The notes beneath the pieces are model-generated. The model saw only the letters and a program-made list of their open reading frames with translations. It was not told the DNA's origin and made no database searches. Shown here in pieces: positions 49,003 through 57,791 of a stretch of DNA of 64,000 nucleotides. The stretch's first letter is position 1. The number at the start of each line of letters is the position of its first letter. Location of the stretch: the sequence record MG592456.1. The stretch is one strand, 5' to 3'. The position numbers and the translations under genes are program-made.

Positions 49003-49751
49003 TGCGAATCGTGACGGGTTCATCTGCGCTGCATCAACATGGTATTAACTTGCGTAAAACCATCAAAGATGTTGATGTTTTCGTAGACAGCCCGACATCT
49101 GCACGCCCAACGGACGATTTGATAGTCATTCCGTTGGCGATTATGGAGATGTTCGAAAGTGATGTAGCGACTCCTGACGAGGTTTACACGATTAAGTGTA
49201 GTCATCTTGGTTGGGACGAGCATTCGGTGGGTAAAAGTCAGTTTGGTGGGTCTAAATTATGGGACAAACACAAGCGCGACGTGATTGCATTATCAACAAT
49301 GTGCAATATCAAGCCAGAATTATATGCAGCATTGACTGAACATTGGCGTACTGTAATCGGAAACAAGCCGTATTTGAGTCTCGAACAGAAGGCAGAAAGC
49401 TTTTTCAATGATAACGTCGCTTACGTGTACGACCATGACGAGTTACATCGTTTAGTTGCTGCACCTAACGCGCCATTATTTGAAAAGATACTCAAAGACG
49501 GTTGTGAAGTTTCAGTGTCAAAAGCCAAGTTTGATAGCCTGACTTTTGATGAGCAGATACGCTTATTCCATGAAGAGATAACGGTGATTGCAATTGAACG
49601 ATATATTGTTCATGGTCATCCTAAATTGTTTGCATGGACATGCGCGTTGAAAAAGACGGTAACACGTCTTACGAAGAACTGGGCGAGTGATTTCATATGC
49701 TCAAACATGAGGCATTTCATCAAACCGCGATATAATTTAGATGTTGTCTAA
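49002..49751 (+). CDS. Putative Pol-beta-like nucleotidyltransferase-domain protein
   Basis: IVTGSSAL...KDVDVFV (GS...DxD); TAATG coupling. Confidence 0.55.
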   Translation: MRIVTGSSALHQHGINLRKTIKDVDVFVDSPTSARPTDDLIVIPLAIMEMFESDVATPDEVYTIKCSHLGWDEHSVGKSQFGGSKLWDKHKRDVIALSTMCNIKPELYAALTEHWRTVIGNKPYLSLEQKAESFFNDNVAYVYDHDELHRLVAAPNAPLFEKILKDGCEVSVSKAKFDSLTFDEQIRLFHEEITVIAIERYIVHGHPKLFAWTCALKKTVTRLTKNWASDFICSNMRHFIKPRYNLDVV

Positions 49752-49752
49752 C

Positions 49753-49788
49753 AAAGGGGTTGCATATTGCAGCCCTTTTCTGTATCAT
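49753..49788 (+). promoter_or_regulatory. Terminator hairpin containing the -35 of the next promoter (TTGCAT-17-TATCAT)
   Basis: AAAGGGGTTGCA-tat-TGCAGCCCTTTT followed by TATCAT. Confidence 0.65.
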
Positions 49789-49817
49789 TCTCTTATCAAA
49801 ACAAAACAGAGAATATT

Positions 49818-50525
49818 ATGACAGCATACAAAGTGAAAAAAATGCAATGCAAGAGACGCGAGATTGCTTTCAACTTCACCAAGCCGCAGTGGGATACATT
49901 AATCAATCTTAAAACGTCGATGCGATGTGCCTATACGAACCACCCGTTTTCTCCACAAGGTCCTATGTCGGCTACAGTCGAGCGTATCGACGAGTCGAAG
50001 CCGTATGAGCCGGGCAACTGCGTACTTGTTACTCAACTCGCGAATCAACTGAAGGCGGATTACATTGAAAATGATGGTGATGAGTCGAAGGCAGACAAGA
50101 ATGAGATTCATGTGCTTGGTGTTATTAGACGTGTGTTGGGTAAGCCTGAGAAGATGAAGGATATTGTTCAAACTTATCTCGATCATTACAAAGGCCCGAT
50201 TGCATCAACTGAATCATCCGATCTCGACATTGCCGAGTTGTACTGCAAATATTCAAGAAAGGCACAACGTAATGGTGTTGCTTTTCAAATTACGCTAGGG
50301 CAGTTCAAACGCGCTGTGTCTCGCTCTACGTGCCAAGTGAGCAAAGTGCATCTGCCTGACATTAAACATCGCGTAGTGCGCGTTTTAGATAGCTCTAAGC
50401 CGGTTACACTCGATAATATTCAAGTTACTAGTCAAGCAATTGATGCGATTATGAATCAAATCGAGTCGATTGACATGACCGCTTCACAAAAACGCACATT
50501 TATGACTTCTATAGGAGCAAAATAA
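49818..50525 (+). CDS. Srd-like protein (His-Me-finger-like repeated domain)
   Basis: KRREIAFNFT...CAYTNHPF...TVERIDESKPYEPGNCVLV...NQLK, with a degenerate second copy at the C-terminus. Confidence 0.55.
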   Translation: MTAYKVKKMQCKRREIAFNFTKPQWDTLINLKTSMRCAYTNHPFSPQGPMSATVERIDESKPYEPGNCVLVTQLANQLKADYIENDGDESKADKNEIHVLGVIRRVLGKPEKMKDIVQTYLDHYKGPIASTESSDLDIAELYCKYSRKAQRNGVAFQITLGQFKRAVSRSTCQVSKVHLPDIKHRVVRVLDSSKPVTLDNIQVTSQAIDAIMNQIESIDMTASQKRTFMTSIGAK

Positions 50526-50791
50526 TGAACACATTAGAAACTACATATACGGGTTGTATGCCTGTTGTCAACGTAGGTGGGGTATTACTCGCCGTTGAAC
50601 GTGACATTGATTATGTTACTGTTGACGTTAATGGTCTAGTTCAAGGTTGGCTAGAAGCTAGACCGTACTTTGATGGTGATGAGAAGACATGGTCGTCATT
50701 TGAATTGTATGGCAGACAAGTCTTGCTTGCCAAATTCTCAACACCTGTGACCAATGAGGCAATTGAAACACTAATTGAGGTATATGCATAA
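50525..50791 (+). CDS. Hypothetical protein
   Basis: 88 aa, GGAG RBS. Confidence 0.6.
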   Translation: MNTLETTYTGCMPVVNVGGVLLAVERDIDYVTVDVNGLVQGWLEARPYFDGDEKTWSSFELYGRQVLLAKFSTPVTNEAIETLIEVYA

Positions 50792-51129
50792 TGAATACGG
50801 TTGATTTTATCCTACGTGATCTCGCGAATAAACATCAAAATTCCTCTGGCTACATTAAAGGGATGCCTGTCGATTTATTTGCATTTAAGTTAGTCGATGG
50901 TCATATCACAGGTTGCGATATTAAAGGCACTATCGAAAAAATCTGCAACTCTATAATGAAATACACAGGCGAAGATTACGAAACCACACGTGAATGGTTT
51001 AGAACGGCTGACAGTGAGCAATGGTTCGGCGATGAGTTTGAAGTGAATGGCGACACGTATCTTAGTTTTTTCTGTCGTTATGAAATACCACAGGAGCATT
51101 TGCTCCCTCAATATATTGGAAAGCTATGA
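50791..51129 (+). CDS. Hypothetical protein
   Basis: 112 aa, GAGG RBS. Confidence 0.6.
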   Translation: MNTVDFILRDLANKHQNSSGYIKGMPVDLFAFKLVDGHITGCDIKGTIEKICNSIMKYTGEDYETTREWFRTADSEQWFGDEFEVNGDTYLSFFCRYEIPQEHLLPQYIGKL

Positions 51130-51848
51130 GAATTTTTATTTTTAGTGGTGCTGGATTAGACGCGGAGTCTGGCATTCAGACTTTTCGCGACACGGGTGGC
51201 ACTTGGCATCAACATGATCTTATGAAAGTATGCTCAATCGATACATTCGAAGAAAATTACGAGCTGTGTCATGAGTTTTACAATCAGCGACGTGTTGAAA
51301 TGAACAACGTTGAGCCGAATTCAGCTCATTACAAAATTGCTGAATTATGCAAGAAATACGAAGTTGAAAACTTCACTGCAAACGTGTCTGATTTATTAGA
51401 ACGTGCAGGTGTACCAGACGTGTGTCATATTCACGGTAATCTTATGCAAATGGCGATTAATTACCCGTCACAGCATGGGTGTGAGATTCGAGACATCGGA
51501 TATACTGCACATGAGCTAGTACCGGGTCGCATCGACAAGCCAAATGTTGTATTTTTCGGTGAAGGTGCTCCGATGTATCAACCATTCTGGGGTGCAATCG
51601 ACACATTAACTGAAGAAGACATTGCTATTGTTGTGGGCAGTACGTTAGAAGTGAATCCGATTCACTACGACATTGCGGCAACGGGTGCAAAGTTTATTCT
51701 AATCAACCCACAAGGGATTGACACTGACGGAACATCAAATATGAATGACGCTATTCGTATTTGTGACGTGTTCATCAATCTCCCAGCCACAAAGGCTTTC
51801 GATGAGATTGAAGCGCATATTGAAAACCATATTTCAAACCACAGTTAG
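51126..51848 (+). CDS. Sir2/CobB-family NAD-dependent deacylase
   Basis: SGAGLDAESGIQTFR, PNSAH, TANVSDLLERAG, HIHGN, KPNVVFFGE, VGSTL. Confidence 0.92.
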   Translation: MRIFIFSGAGLDAESGIQTFRDTGGTWHQHDLMKVCSIDTFEENYELCHEFYNQRRVEMNNVEPNSAHYKIAELCKKYEVENFTANVSDLLERAGVPDVCHIHGNLMQMAINYPSQHGCEIRDIGYTAHELVPGRIDKPNVVFFGEGAPMYQPFWGAIDTLTEEDIAIVVGSTLEVNPIHYDIAATGAKFILINPQGIDTDGTSNMNDAIRICDVFINLPATKAFDEIEAHIENHISNHS

Positions 51849-52002
51849 TATTTGTGTGTTTACTATCGTTGGGTTGAGTGCTACATTTGCCTTATTGTTA
51901 GCGTTGATACTCTTACTAGATAAGTTGTATATGTATGCTGCGTTTGTGTTTATAATAAGTGCATTACTAGCGTACTACTTTGAGAAATTAAGTGAGGGAT
52001 AA
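51745..52002 (+). CDS. Small membrane protein (start uncertain, possibly TTG 51820)
   Basis: Two hydrophobic helices; TAATG coupling to topoisomerase. Confidence 0.5.
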   Translation: MTLFVFVTCSSISQPQRLSMRLKRILKTIFQTTVSICVFTIVGLSATFALLLALILLLDKLYMYAAFVFIISALLAYYFEKLSEG

Positions 52003-53786
52003 TGAGCGAAAAGTTTGAAATTTTGTCGGATCGAATGCACGTGTTGCGTCGCCCGAATATGTATATTGGCTCTGTCAATAATGAATCATCACAGCGCTTT
52101 GTGTTGGGAGAATATCGTGAAATTGAATACGTCCCGGGATTGATCAAAATCATAAACGAGATCGTGGATAATAGCTTAGACGAGGCAATCAGAACTAAGT
52201 TTAAATTTGCCAATGTTATTGACGTGAAAATTGAAGGGAATCGCGTAACAGTATCTGATAATGGTAGAGGTCTACCACAAGATATGATAATTGACTCCAA
52301 TGGGAAAGAGTTACTACGCCCTGAAGCTGCATGGACACGCACAAAAGCAGGTACGTCGTTTGATGATGAGCGAACAACAATTGGTACTAATGGAGTCGGG
52401 TCTGCGCTGACTAACTTCTTCAGTCACCAGTTTACAGGTACGACGTGTGATGGTAAAAATACTGTCATGGTCAAGTGCTCTAATAATGGTGAACGTACGT
52501 TCGTTCGTACTGATAAGGGCGGGACGCAAGGAACGTCAGTTGAGTTCATCCCCGACTTTAATAGATTCGGTGTGTTTGGGATTTCAAAACAAGATGAACT
52601 TATTATCCAAGACCGTCTTGCAACATTGTCCGTTGCCTTTCCTGAAATCACGTTTCGTTACAACGGTAAAAAACATGCACCGACGCTGAAGCAGTACGCC
52701 AAGATGTTTAACACCGCCGTGACGCATGAAGATAAAAACGTTGCAGTGTTTATCGCGGGTTCTGAAGAATTTAGGCAAAATAGTTTCGTCAACGGGGTAA
52801 ATACATCTAGCGGTGGAACTCACGTCGATTACTTCATGAACAAACTCTGTGATGAGTTAATCCCGATGATTAAGCGCAAGACGAAAGTGAATGTGCCGAA
52901 GCCTCAGTTGAAAAACGGGCTAACGCTCGGGTTATTCATACGTGATTTTGTCGATCCTAAGTTTGACAGTCAAACCAAAGAGCGATTAACCAGCTCACAA
53001 GCTGAAGTGTCACCGTATTTGAAAGATTTGTCGTATGATAAAATTGCTAAACGAGTTTTAGCCGAAGACGACATTATTCTGCCTATCATTGAAGCTTTAC
53101 TTGCTAAACAAAACGCTGCTGAAGCACGCGAATTAGCAAAGAAGCAGAAAAGCAGTCAGAAAGCAAAAGTTGCTGAACATATCAAGGCATCACAACCCGG
53201 TGGGACTCTGTTTTTGACAGAAGGTAAGTCGGCTATTGGTTACTTGATTAAAGTTCGCGATAGCAAGAAGCATGGTGGTATGCCGCTACGTGGTAAAGTA
53301 CTTAGCACATGGGGCAAACGTCCTGCTGAAATTATGAAGAACAAGGAACTATGTGATATTATGTCAGTTCTCGGTCTTCAGTTAGGCAACCCGAACATTC
53401 GTGACATGTACTATAACGATATTGGTATTCTGGTTGATGCAGATGTCGATGGGAAGGGGTCTATTTTCCCATTACTGCTTGCATTTTTCTATAATTGGCC
53501 AGAGCTATATAAACAAAAAAGAATCAAATTCGTCCGAACACCTGTTGTGATTGCAACAAAAGCGAAGGAAACGCAATGGTTCTACTCAATAGAAGAGTAT
53601 CGAAAAGCAAAGTTAGGTAAGTTGTGGAAAATTCGTTACATTAAGGGACTCGGTTCGCTGACTGAAACAGAGTACAAGCGAGTGATCGTGGACCCTGTGT
53701 ATGACGAAATTGTCATTGACGATCCTACTGGCTTCGAGTTACTATTCGGTGACAACACTGACAAACGAAAGGAATGGATGACATGA
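52002..53786 (+). CDS. 39: Type IIA topoisomerase large subunit (fused 39+60, no translational hop)
   Basis: RPNMYIGS, EIVDNSLDE, DNGRG, GTNGVGS, LTEGKSA, PLRGK, DADVDG, YIKGLGS. Confidence 0.96.
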   Translation: MSEKFEILSDRMHVLRRPNMYIGSVNNESSQRFVLGEYREIEYVPGLIKIINEIVDNSLDEAIRTKFKFANVIDVKIEGNRVTVSDNGRGLPQDMIIDSNGKELLRPEAAWTRTKAGTSFDDERTTIGTNGVGSALTNFFSHQFTGTTCDGKNTVMVKCSNNGERTFVRTDKGGTQGTSVEFIPDFNRFGVFGISKQDELIIQDRLATLSVAFPEITFRYNGKKHAPTLKQYAKMFNTAVTHEDKNVAVFIAGSEEFRQNSFVNGVNTSSGGTHVDYFMNKLCDELIPMIKRKTKVNVPKPQLKNGLTLGLFIRDFVDPKFDSQTKERLTSSQAEVSPYLKDLSYDKIAKRVLAEDDIILPIIEALLAKQNAAEARELAKKQKSSQKAKVAEHIKASQPGGTLFLTEGKSAIGYLIKVRDSKKHGGMPLRGKVLSTWGKRPAEIMKNKELCDIMSVLGLQLGNPNIRDMYYNDIGILVDADVDGKGSIFPLLLAFFYNWPELYKQKRIKFVRTPVVIATKAKETQWFYSIEEYRKAKLGKLWKIRYIKGLGSLTETEYKRVIVDPVYDEIVIDDPTGFELLFGDNTDKRKEWMT

Positions 53787-54013
53787 TCACTGCAAAACAG
53801 GCACGTGAGAAGCGCAAGAAAGGGTCACAGGCAGTACAAAGAGCACTAGACGAGTTGGATTTAGCCATCCAACTCGCGGCGCCCACGAAAGATCGGGTGG
53901 ATTACAACACTAAGAAAATGGCGCTTACGGAACGTGACGAACTACGAAATCAACTCATTAGCATGGGCTACAGCGCTTATATTGCCGATGATAAACTAGA
54001 GGTAATGTGGTAA
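53774..54013 (+). CDS. Hypothetical protein
   Basis: 79 aa. Confidence 0.55.
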   Translation: MDDMITAKQAREKRKKGSQAVQRALDELDLAIQLAAPTKDRVDYNTKKMALTERDELRNQLISMGYSAYIADDKLEVMW

Positions 54014-54228
54014 TGTTTGGATTTAAACGAATCATAGGTGGGTTAATAGACGGGTTTCATGAAGAAATGGATCATATTGGTGCTTCGCCGAATCACTATC
54101 ATTTGAATCTGATTCATGCACTCCTAGCTGGGCTTGGATTCGCAACGCAAATGATACTAATGTCGATGTTTTTCGTCGTATGTATTGTGCCATTGATGGC
54201 GTTCAAGCAGTTATTTCGTATTAAATAA
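54007..54228 (+). CDS. Hypothetical membrane protein
   Basis: Hydrophobic C-half. Confidence 0.5.
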   Translation: MVMFGFKRIIGGLIDGFHEEMDHIGASPNHYHLNLIHALLAGLGFATQMILMSMFFVVCIVPLMAFKQLFRIK

Positions 54229-54244
54229 AGGACGGAGGTGCCAA

Positions 54245-54517
54245 ATGCACAAGTCTTTTATCGAACATCAAGCGCTAATGACAGAAATGTCATATCAAGA
54301 GTTGCGTGATCTCACAATTAATGAGATTCACGCGCTCGTTAAAAAGCTGAAGAAACAGCTTCCGAAAAAATACAAAGACATCATTGATGAACTTGAACCT
54401 GACATGTACGAAGATCTAATTGCAGAAATTGCATATGATGGTGGTATGAAGGGTAAAAAGTTCGTCGGACTTAAAATCCCAAAGCGAATCTTAGACCGGT
54501 ACGCTGACTATTATTAA
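54245..54517 (+). CDS. Hypothetical protein
   Basis: 90 aa, GGAGG RBS. Confidence 0.6.
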   Translation: MHKSFIEHQALMTEMSYQELRDLTINEIHALVKKLKKQLPKKYKDIIDELEPDMYEDLIAEIAYDGGMKGKKFVGLKIPKRILDRYADYY

Positions 54518-54528
54518 GTGAGTATATC

Positions 54529-54792
54529 ATGTTTAACGCGGAAACCGCTCAAAAATACACAACGACGTCTCTATGCAACAATCTACCAGAAATTTTCTTG
54601 AAGATGGTTGAGGACGATATTTTAGACGCAACTGACAATGGGAAATCATTTGTAGTCATCACTGAACTAGACGAACTACCCCAAGCGAAAGAACAGTTAT
54701 TCATTGAGTACGCACACGCTCTTGGATATGTTGCGTTTTTTGGTGAAGATGGTTCTTCATTGGAGGTATCATGGTCAAGGCGAAGAAATTAA
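54529..54792 (+). CDS. Hypothetical protein (architecture similar to 53774: M...A..A...I..A...G...L.V.W)
   Basis: 87 aa. Confidence 0.55.
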   Translation: MFNAETAQKYTTTSLCNNLPEIFLKMVEDDILDATDNGKSFVVITELDELPQAKEQLFIEYAHALGYVAFFGEDGSSLEVSWSRRRN

Positions 54793-55511
54793 ACGTTTAC
54801 TACTGTAGTGATATTCACAACGACTACCACGCTAGAAACGCGCTGTTAGACTTAACGGGCGACGTTGATGCAGTTCTAGTCGTTGCGGGTGATATCAACT
54901 CTAAAGGGCGTACAGTGCGTGATCTCGAAGAAGTCGCGGATCGATGGCTAGCTGTAATTGCAGTGCCGGGTAATCACGATTGGTGGGGATTGGCATTACA
55001 TGAACGACATAAATTCAAATCAGAGCTTGACAATGTTCACGTTTTGTTAGAAGATTGGGTTGTGATTAAAGACGTAACGTTTGTCGGGACTACATTGTGG
55101 CATGAAGTCGAAGACTGGCATGCTGGGATGATATGGAAAGAGTCAATGAATGACCAAAAGAAGATACGTGGCCATAACTGGTGCCGTCTTCAAGGACATC
55201 ACATTCACTCAGAACACGTACGAGCTGTCAAGTTTATCGAAGACGCTCAACGAGTCATTAACGGTAAGAAAATTCTGATTACTCACCATGCAATGTGTTC
55301 GAAGTCTATCGACGAACGCTATGTGGGTCAGTCATCAAATCGTTTTTATTACACGAATCTCCCTCATTTGCTTGAGGGATTCGATTTTCACATACATGGT
55401 CACGTTCATCAAGAATTTGACTACGAAGTTTATGACTGTAATGTCGTGTGTAATCCACACGCATACGGCTCGGAAAACGATGATTACGGAATAAGGATTT
55501 TATCAATATGA
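54771..55511 (+). CDS. Calcineurin-like metallophosphoesterase
   Basis: SDIHND, AGD, GNHD, GTTLW, THH, HGHVH. Confidence 0.88.
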   Translation: MVKAKKLNVYYCSDIHNDYHARNALLDLTGDVDAVLVVAGDINSKGRTVRDLEEVADRWLAVIAVPGNHDWWGLALHERHKFKSELDNVHVLLEDWVVIKDVTFVGTTLWHEVEDWHAGMIWKESMNDQKKIRGHNWCRLQGHHIHSEHVRAVKFIEDAQRVINGKKILITHHAMCSKSIDERYVGQSSNRFYYTNLPHLLEGFDFHIHGHVHQEFDYEVYDCNVVCNPHAYGSENDDYGIRILSI

Positions 55512-55726
55512 TTACTTTTACTTTGTTTTACTTGTTGGTTGGTGTGTTTTTAGCAATACTGTTATGTGAAGATGTTCGCCCTTCTTATATTGAATCGTGC
55601 AAAGACAAGGGCTCTCAGCCTTGGTCATATCGTCGATTCGTTGTCGTGTGTGTCGTAGTGTTGCCATTGATTGCCTGCGCGTTTCTCATCAAGAAACTAA
55701 CTAAGTTTCTGAAGAAACGCGCGTAA
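55508..55726 (+). CDS. Hypothetical membrane protein
   Basis: Two hydrophobic helices. Confidence 0.55.
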   Translation: MITFTLFYLLVGVFLAILLCEDVRPSYIESCKDKGSQPWSYRRFVVVCVVVLPLIACAFLIKKLTKFLKKRA

Positions 55727-55772
55727 TATTGTGTTTAAATACGTGCGTCAAATAATAACGTTAAGGTAAAAC

Positions 55773-56018
55773 ATGACGCACGATTTTAATATGATTTTAG
55801 AGCAATACAACTTAGCCAATCACGACTGTGATGGCGATTTTGATGACTATTATTGGGCCGTAGCCGAATGGATCAGTCAGACAGTTTTCAATCGCGAGGC
55901 TATACGTAAACACGATATTCTTGAACTTCTATGCGATCTGCTAGAAATTGACGAGCATGTCATAAATGTCGATGATGTTGATTCATTATTGATTGACATT
56001 TATGCTTATAACGAGTAA
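55773..56018 (+). CDS. Highly acidic hypothetical protein
   Basis: 81 aa, 20 D/E versus 3 K/R by hand count. Confidence 0.6.
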   Translation: MTHDFNMILEQYNLANHDCDGDFDDYYWAVAEWISQTVFNREAIRKHDILELLCDLLEIDEHVINVDDVDSLLIDIYAYNE

Positions 56019-56098
56019 GCTCATATCCTATGAAAAAACTTAAAAAACATCACAGAAAGGAACTATTTCACTAAGTAACCTCAACTTGGAGAAATGAA

Positions 56099-56611
56099 AT
56101 GGAACCAAAACTGTACAAAGGCGTGAAAAAACGAGATCTGCCGTATTCAAATGTTCACCACATGTTCACTGATCGTGATGGTAGCTGGATTCCAATGTGG
56201 GCTAGAACGTACGCACGTTTCAACCCATGGGGAAGTTCGTTCGACGACGGTATCGAGTGTGATAGAGTTGGATTTTACATCAGCCCCAGACACTCTCGCC
56301 AGATTGATTTACTGCGTACTGCTGCATGGCTAGAACGTTACGGGAACAACTATATTTTCCGTAAAACGCCAGTCCCTTGTGTGCATAACCGCCGCAATGT
56401 AGTTATGCCAAAACGTCAACATGGCGCGATGGCAGAGCACAATCACAACCTTATGTGTCGTGACGTGTTCGAAAAAGGCGTTATCGGTAAGCTTGTACGT
56501 CAAAAGCGTGCATATTGTAGCAAGATGATTGCAACCGACTGGGATTTCCCTTGTGGGTACAATGCTCAACGTGGCTGGAAGCGTTCTAAAAAGCGTAAGC
56601 AGTGGATGTAA
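56099..56611 (+). CDS. Basic hypothetical protein
   Basis: 170 aa; ends DWD...RGWKRSKKRKQW; GGAG RBS. Confidence 0.6.
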   Translation: MEPKLYKGVKKRDLPYSNVHHMFTDRDGSWIPMWARTYARFNPWGSSFDDGIECDRVGFYISPRHSRQIDLLRTAAWLERYGNNYIFRKTPVPCVHNRRNVVMPKRQHGAMAEHNHNLMCRDVFEKGVIGKLVRQKRAYCSKMIATDWDFPCGYNAQRGWKRSKKRKQWM

Positions 56612-56612
56612 T

Positions 56613-56649
56613 AAAAGGGTTGACTTCGGTCAGCCCTTTTGCTTATAAT
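56613..56649 (+). promoter_or_regulatory. Terminator hairpin containing TTGACT -35, followed by TATAAT
   Basis: AAAAGGGTTGAC-ttcg-GTCAGCCCTTTT; 18-bp spacer. Confidence 0.65.
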
Positions 56650-56678
56650 ACAGCTTAAATTAACTATGAGAATAATAT

Positions 56679-57272
56679 ATGACAGATGTTAAACCAACAA
56701 TCATTTTAGATGTCGACGGTGTGCTTATTGATTGGGCATGTCAACTTCCGTTTTTCTGTAAAAAGGCGGGCATTGATCCTGTTCACGTATTGAAGCATTA
56801 CACTGCGCCAGTTCACGTCGATCCTTGTGAACTATTCGGCATTCCAGACGCAAACCTTGCATACGATTTGATGGATCGATATAACTTGCAGCATGGTAAG
56901 TTTATGACTGCGTACCCAGATGCAGTCGACGAAATTCACAAGATTGCACGCGATTACAATCTAATTGCATTGACGAAATTCGGTGTTACGACCGAGCACT
57001 GGATGACTCGAAAGTTCAACCTAGACACATTCTTCCCAAATTGCTTCAGCGAATTGATTACAATCGGATTTGACGCTTCGAAAGTTGGGTATGTTCGTAA
57101 ATTGTCGACGAATCATGATGTGGTTGCATTCGTTGACGATCAGATTGAAAACACAGACCTAATTTCCAACGCATTCGCCAACTCCGAAATGAAAGTGGTT
57201 CACTTGAATCGATATGATGCACGAGCGGATGTGAATCACATGAGCAAGCTAGTTGAATTCATTAAAGGATAG
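56679..57272 (+). CDS. 30.2: HAD-superfamily phosphatase (T4 gp30.2-like)
   Basis: PTIILDVDGVL, FVDDQ; near DNA ligase as in T4. Confidence 0.8.
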   Translation: MTDVKPTIILDVDGVLIDWACQLPFFCKKAGIDPVHVLKHYTAPVHVDPCELFGIPDANLAYDLMDRYNLQHGKFMTAYPDAVDEIHKIARDYNLIALTKFGVTTEHWMTRKFNLDTFFPNCFSELITIGFDASKVGYVRKLSTNHDVVAFVDDQIENTDLISNAFANSEMKVVHLNRYDARADVNHMSKLVEFIKG

Positions 57273-57337
57273 TGTTTAACAGATAGTAATCTCGTAATAT
57301 AATAAGCTCCTACGGGGGCTTTTTTTATGGTTCAAAT

Positions 57338-57637
57338 ATGATAAAGAAAATATATGTTGTTCATGCTGATAGTGCTATTGCAAAACGTGCAGTATTACTT
57401 GATAGGCGTGAAGCTAAAGGCAAAACACTATTCGCAAACACTGCTGAATGGGAAGCTGAACTGAAAACAGATTGGCAAGAATGGAATAAAGAAATGTGTG
57501 ACTTTATAACTCACATCTACGGTGATCACATCGCCGGTAAGATGTTTAACGTCACAATAGTTAATGGCAATGTACATTATGAGGAATCGGATGTTTGCTA
57601 TACTAATGAAAAACAACCAAGAAGTGGCGATTATTGA
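57338..57637 (+). CDS. Hypothetical protein
   Basis: 99 aa after a hairpin terminator at about 57304-57327. Confidence 0.55.
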   Translation: MIKKIYVVHADSAIAKRAVLLDRREAKGKTLFANTAEWEAELKTDWQEWNKEMCDFITHIYGDHIAGKMFNVTIVNGNVHYEESDVCYTNEKQPRSGDY

Positions 57638-57791
57638 TCTTGGTGATGTAATCATGCCTGCATTGTACGCCAAAAAGGATGATGCAATGCAAGTACTATA
57701 TAAAAACGACTTGCAAGATCGGTGCTTTGTTGCATCAGTTCGAGCAGAAATACATATTGAGGGTAATAATGATACTACAGATTCTGAATAA
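57564..57791 (+). CDS. Hypothetical protein
   Basis: 75 aa, overlaps neighbours; start uncertain. Confidence 0.45.
   Translation: MAMYIMRNRMFAILMKNNQEVAIIDLGDVIMPALYAKKDDAMQVLYKNDLQDRCFVASVRAEIHIEGNNDTTDSE

Noticed and set aside
52002-53786. Possible T4 gene 60-style translational bypass or split topoisomerase
   Set aside because: The ATPase and TOPRIM motifs are all in one uninterrupted frame
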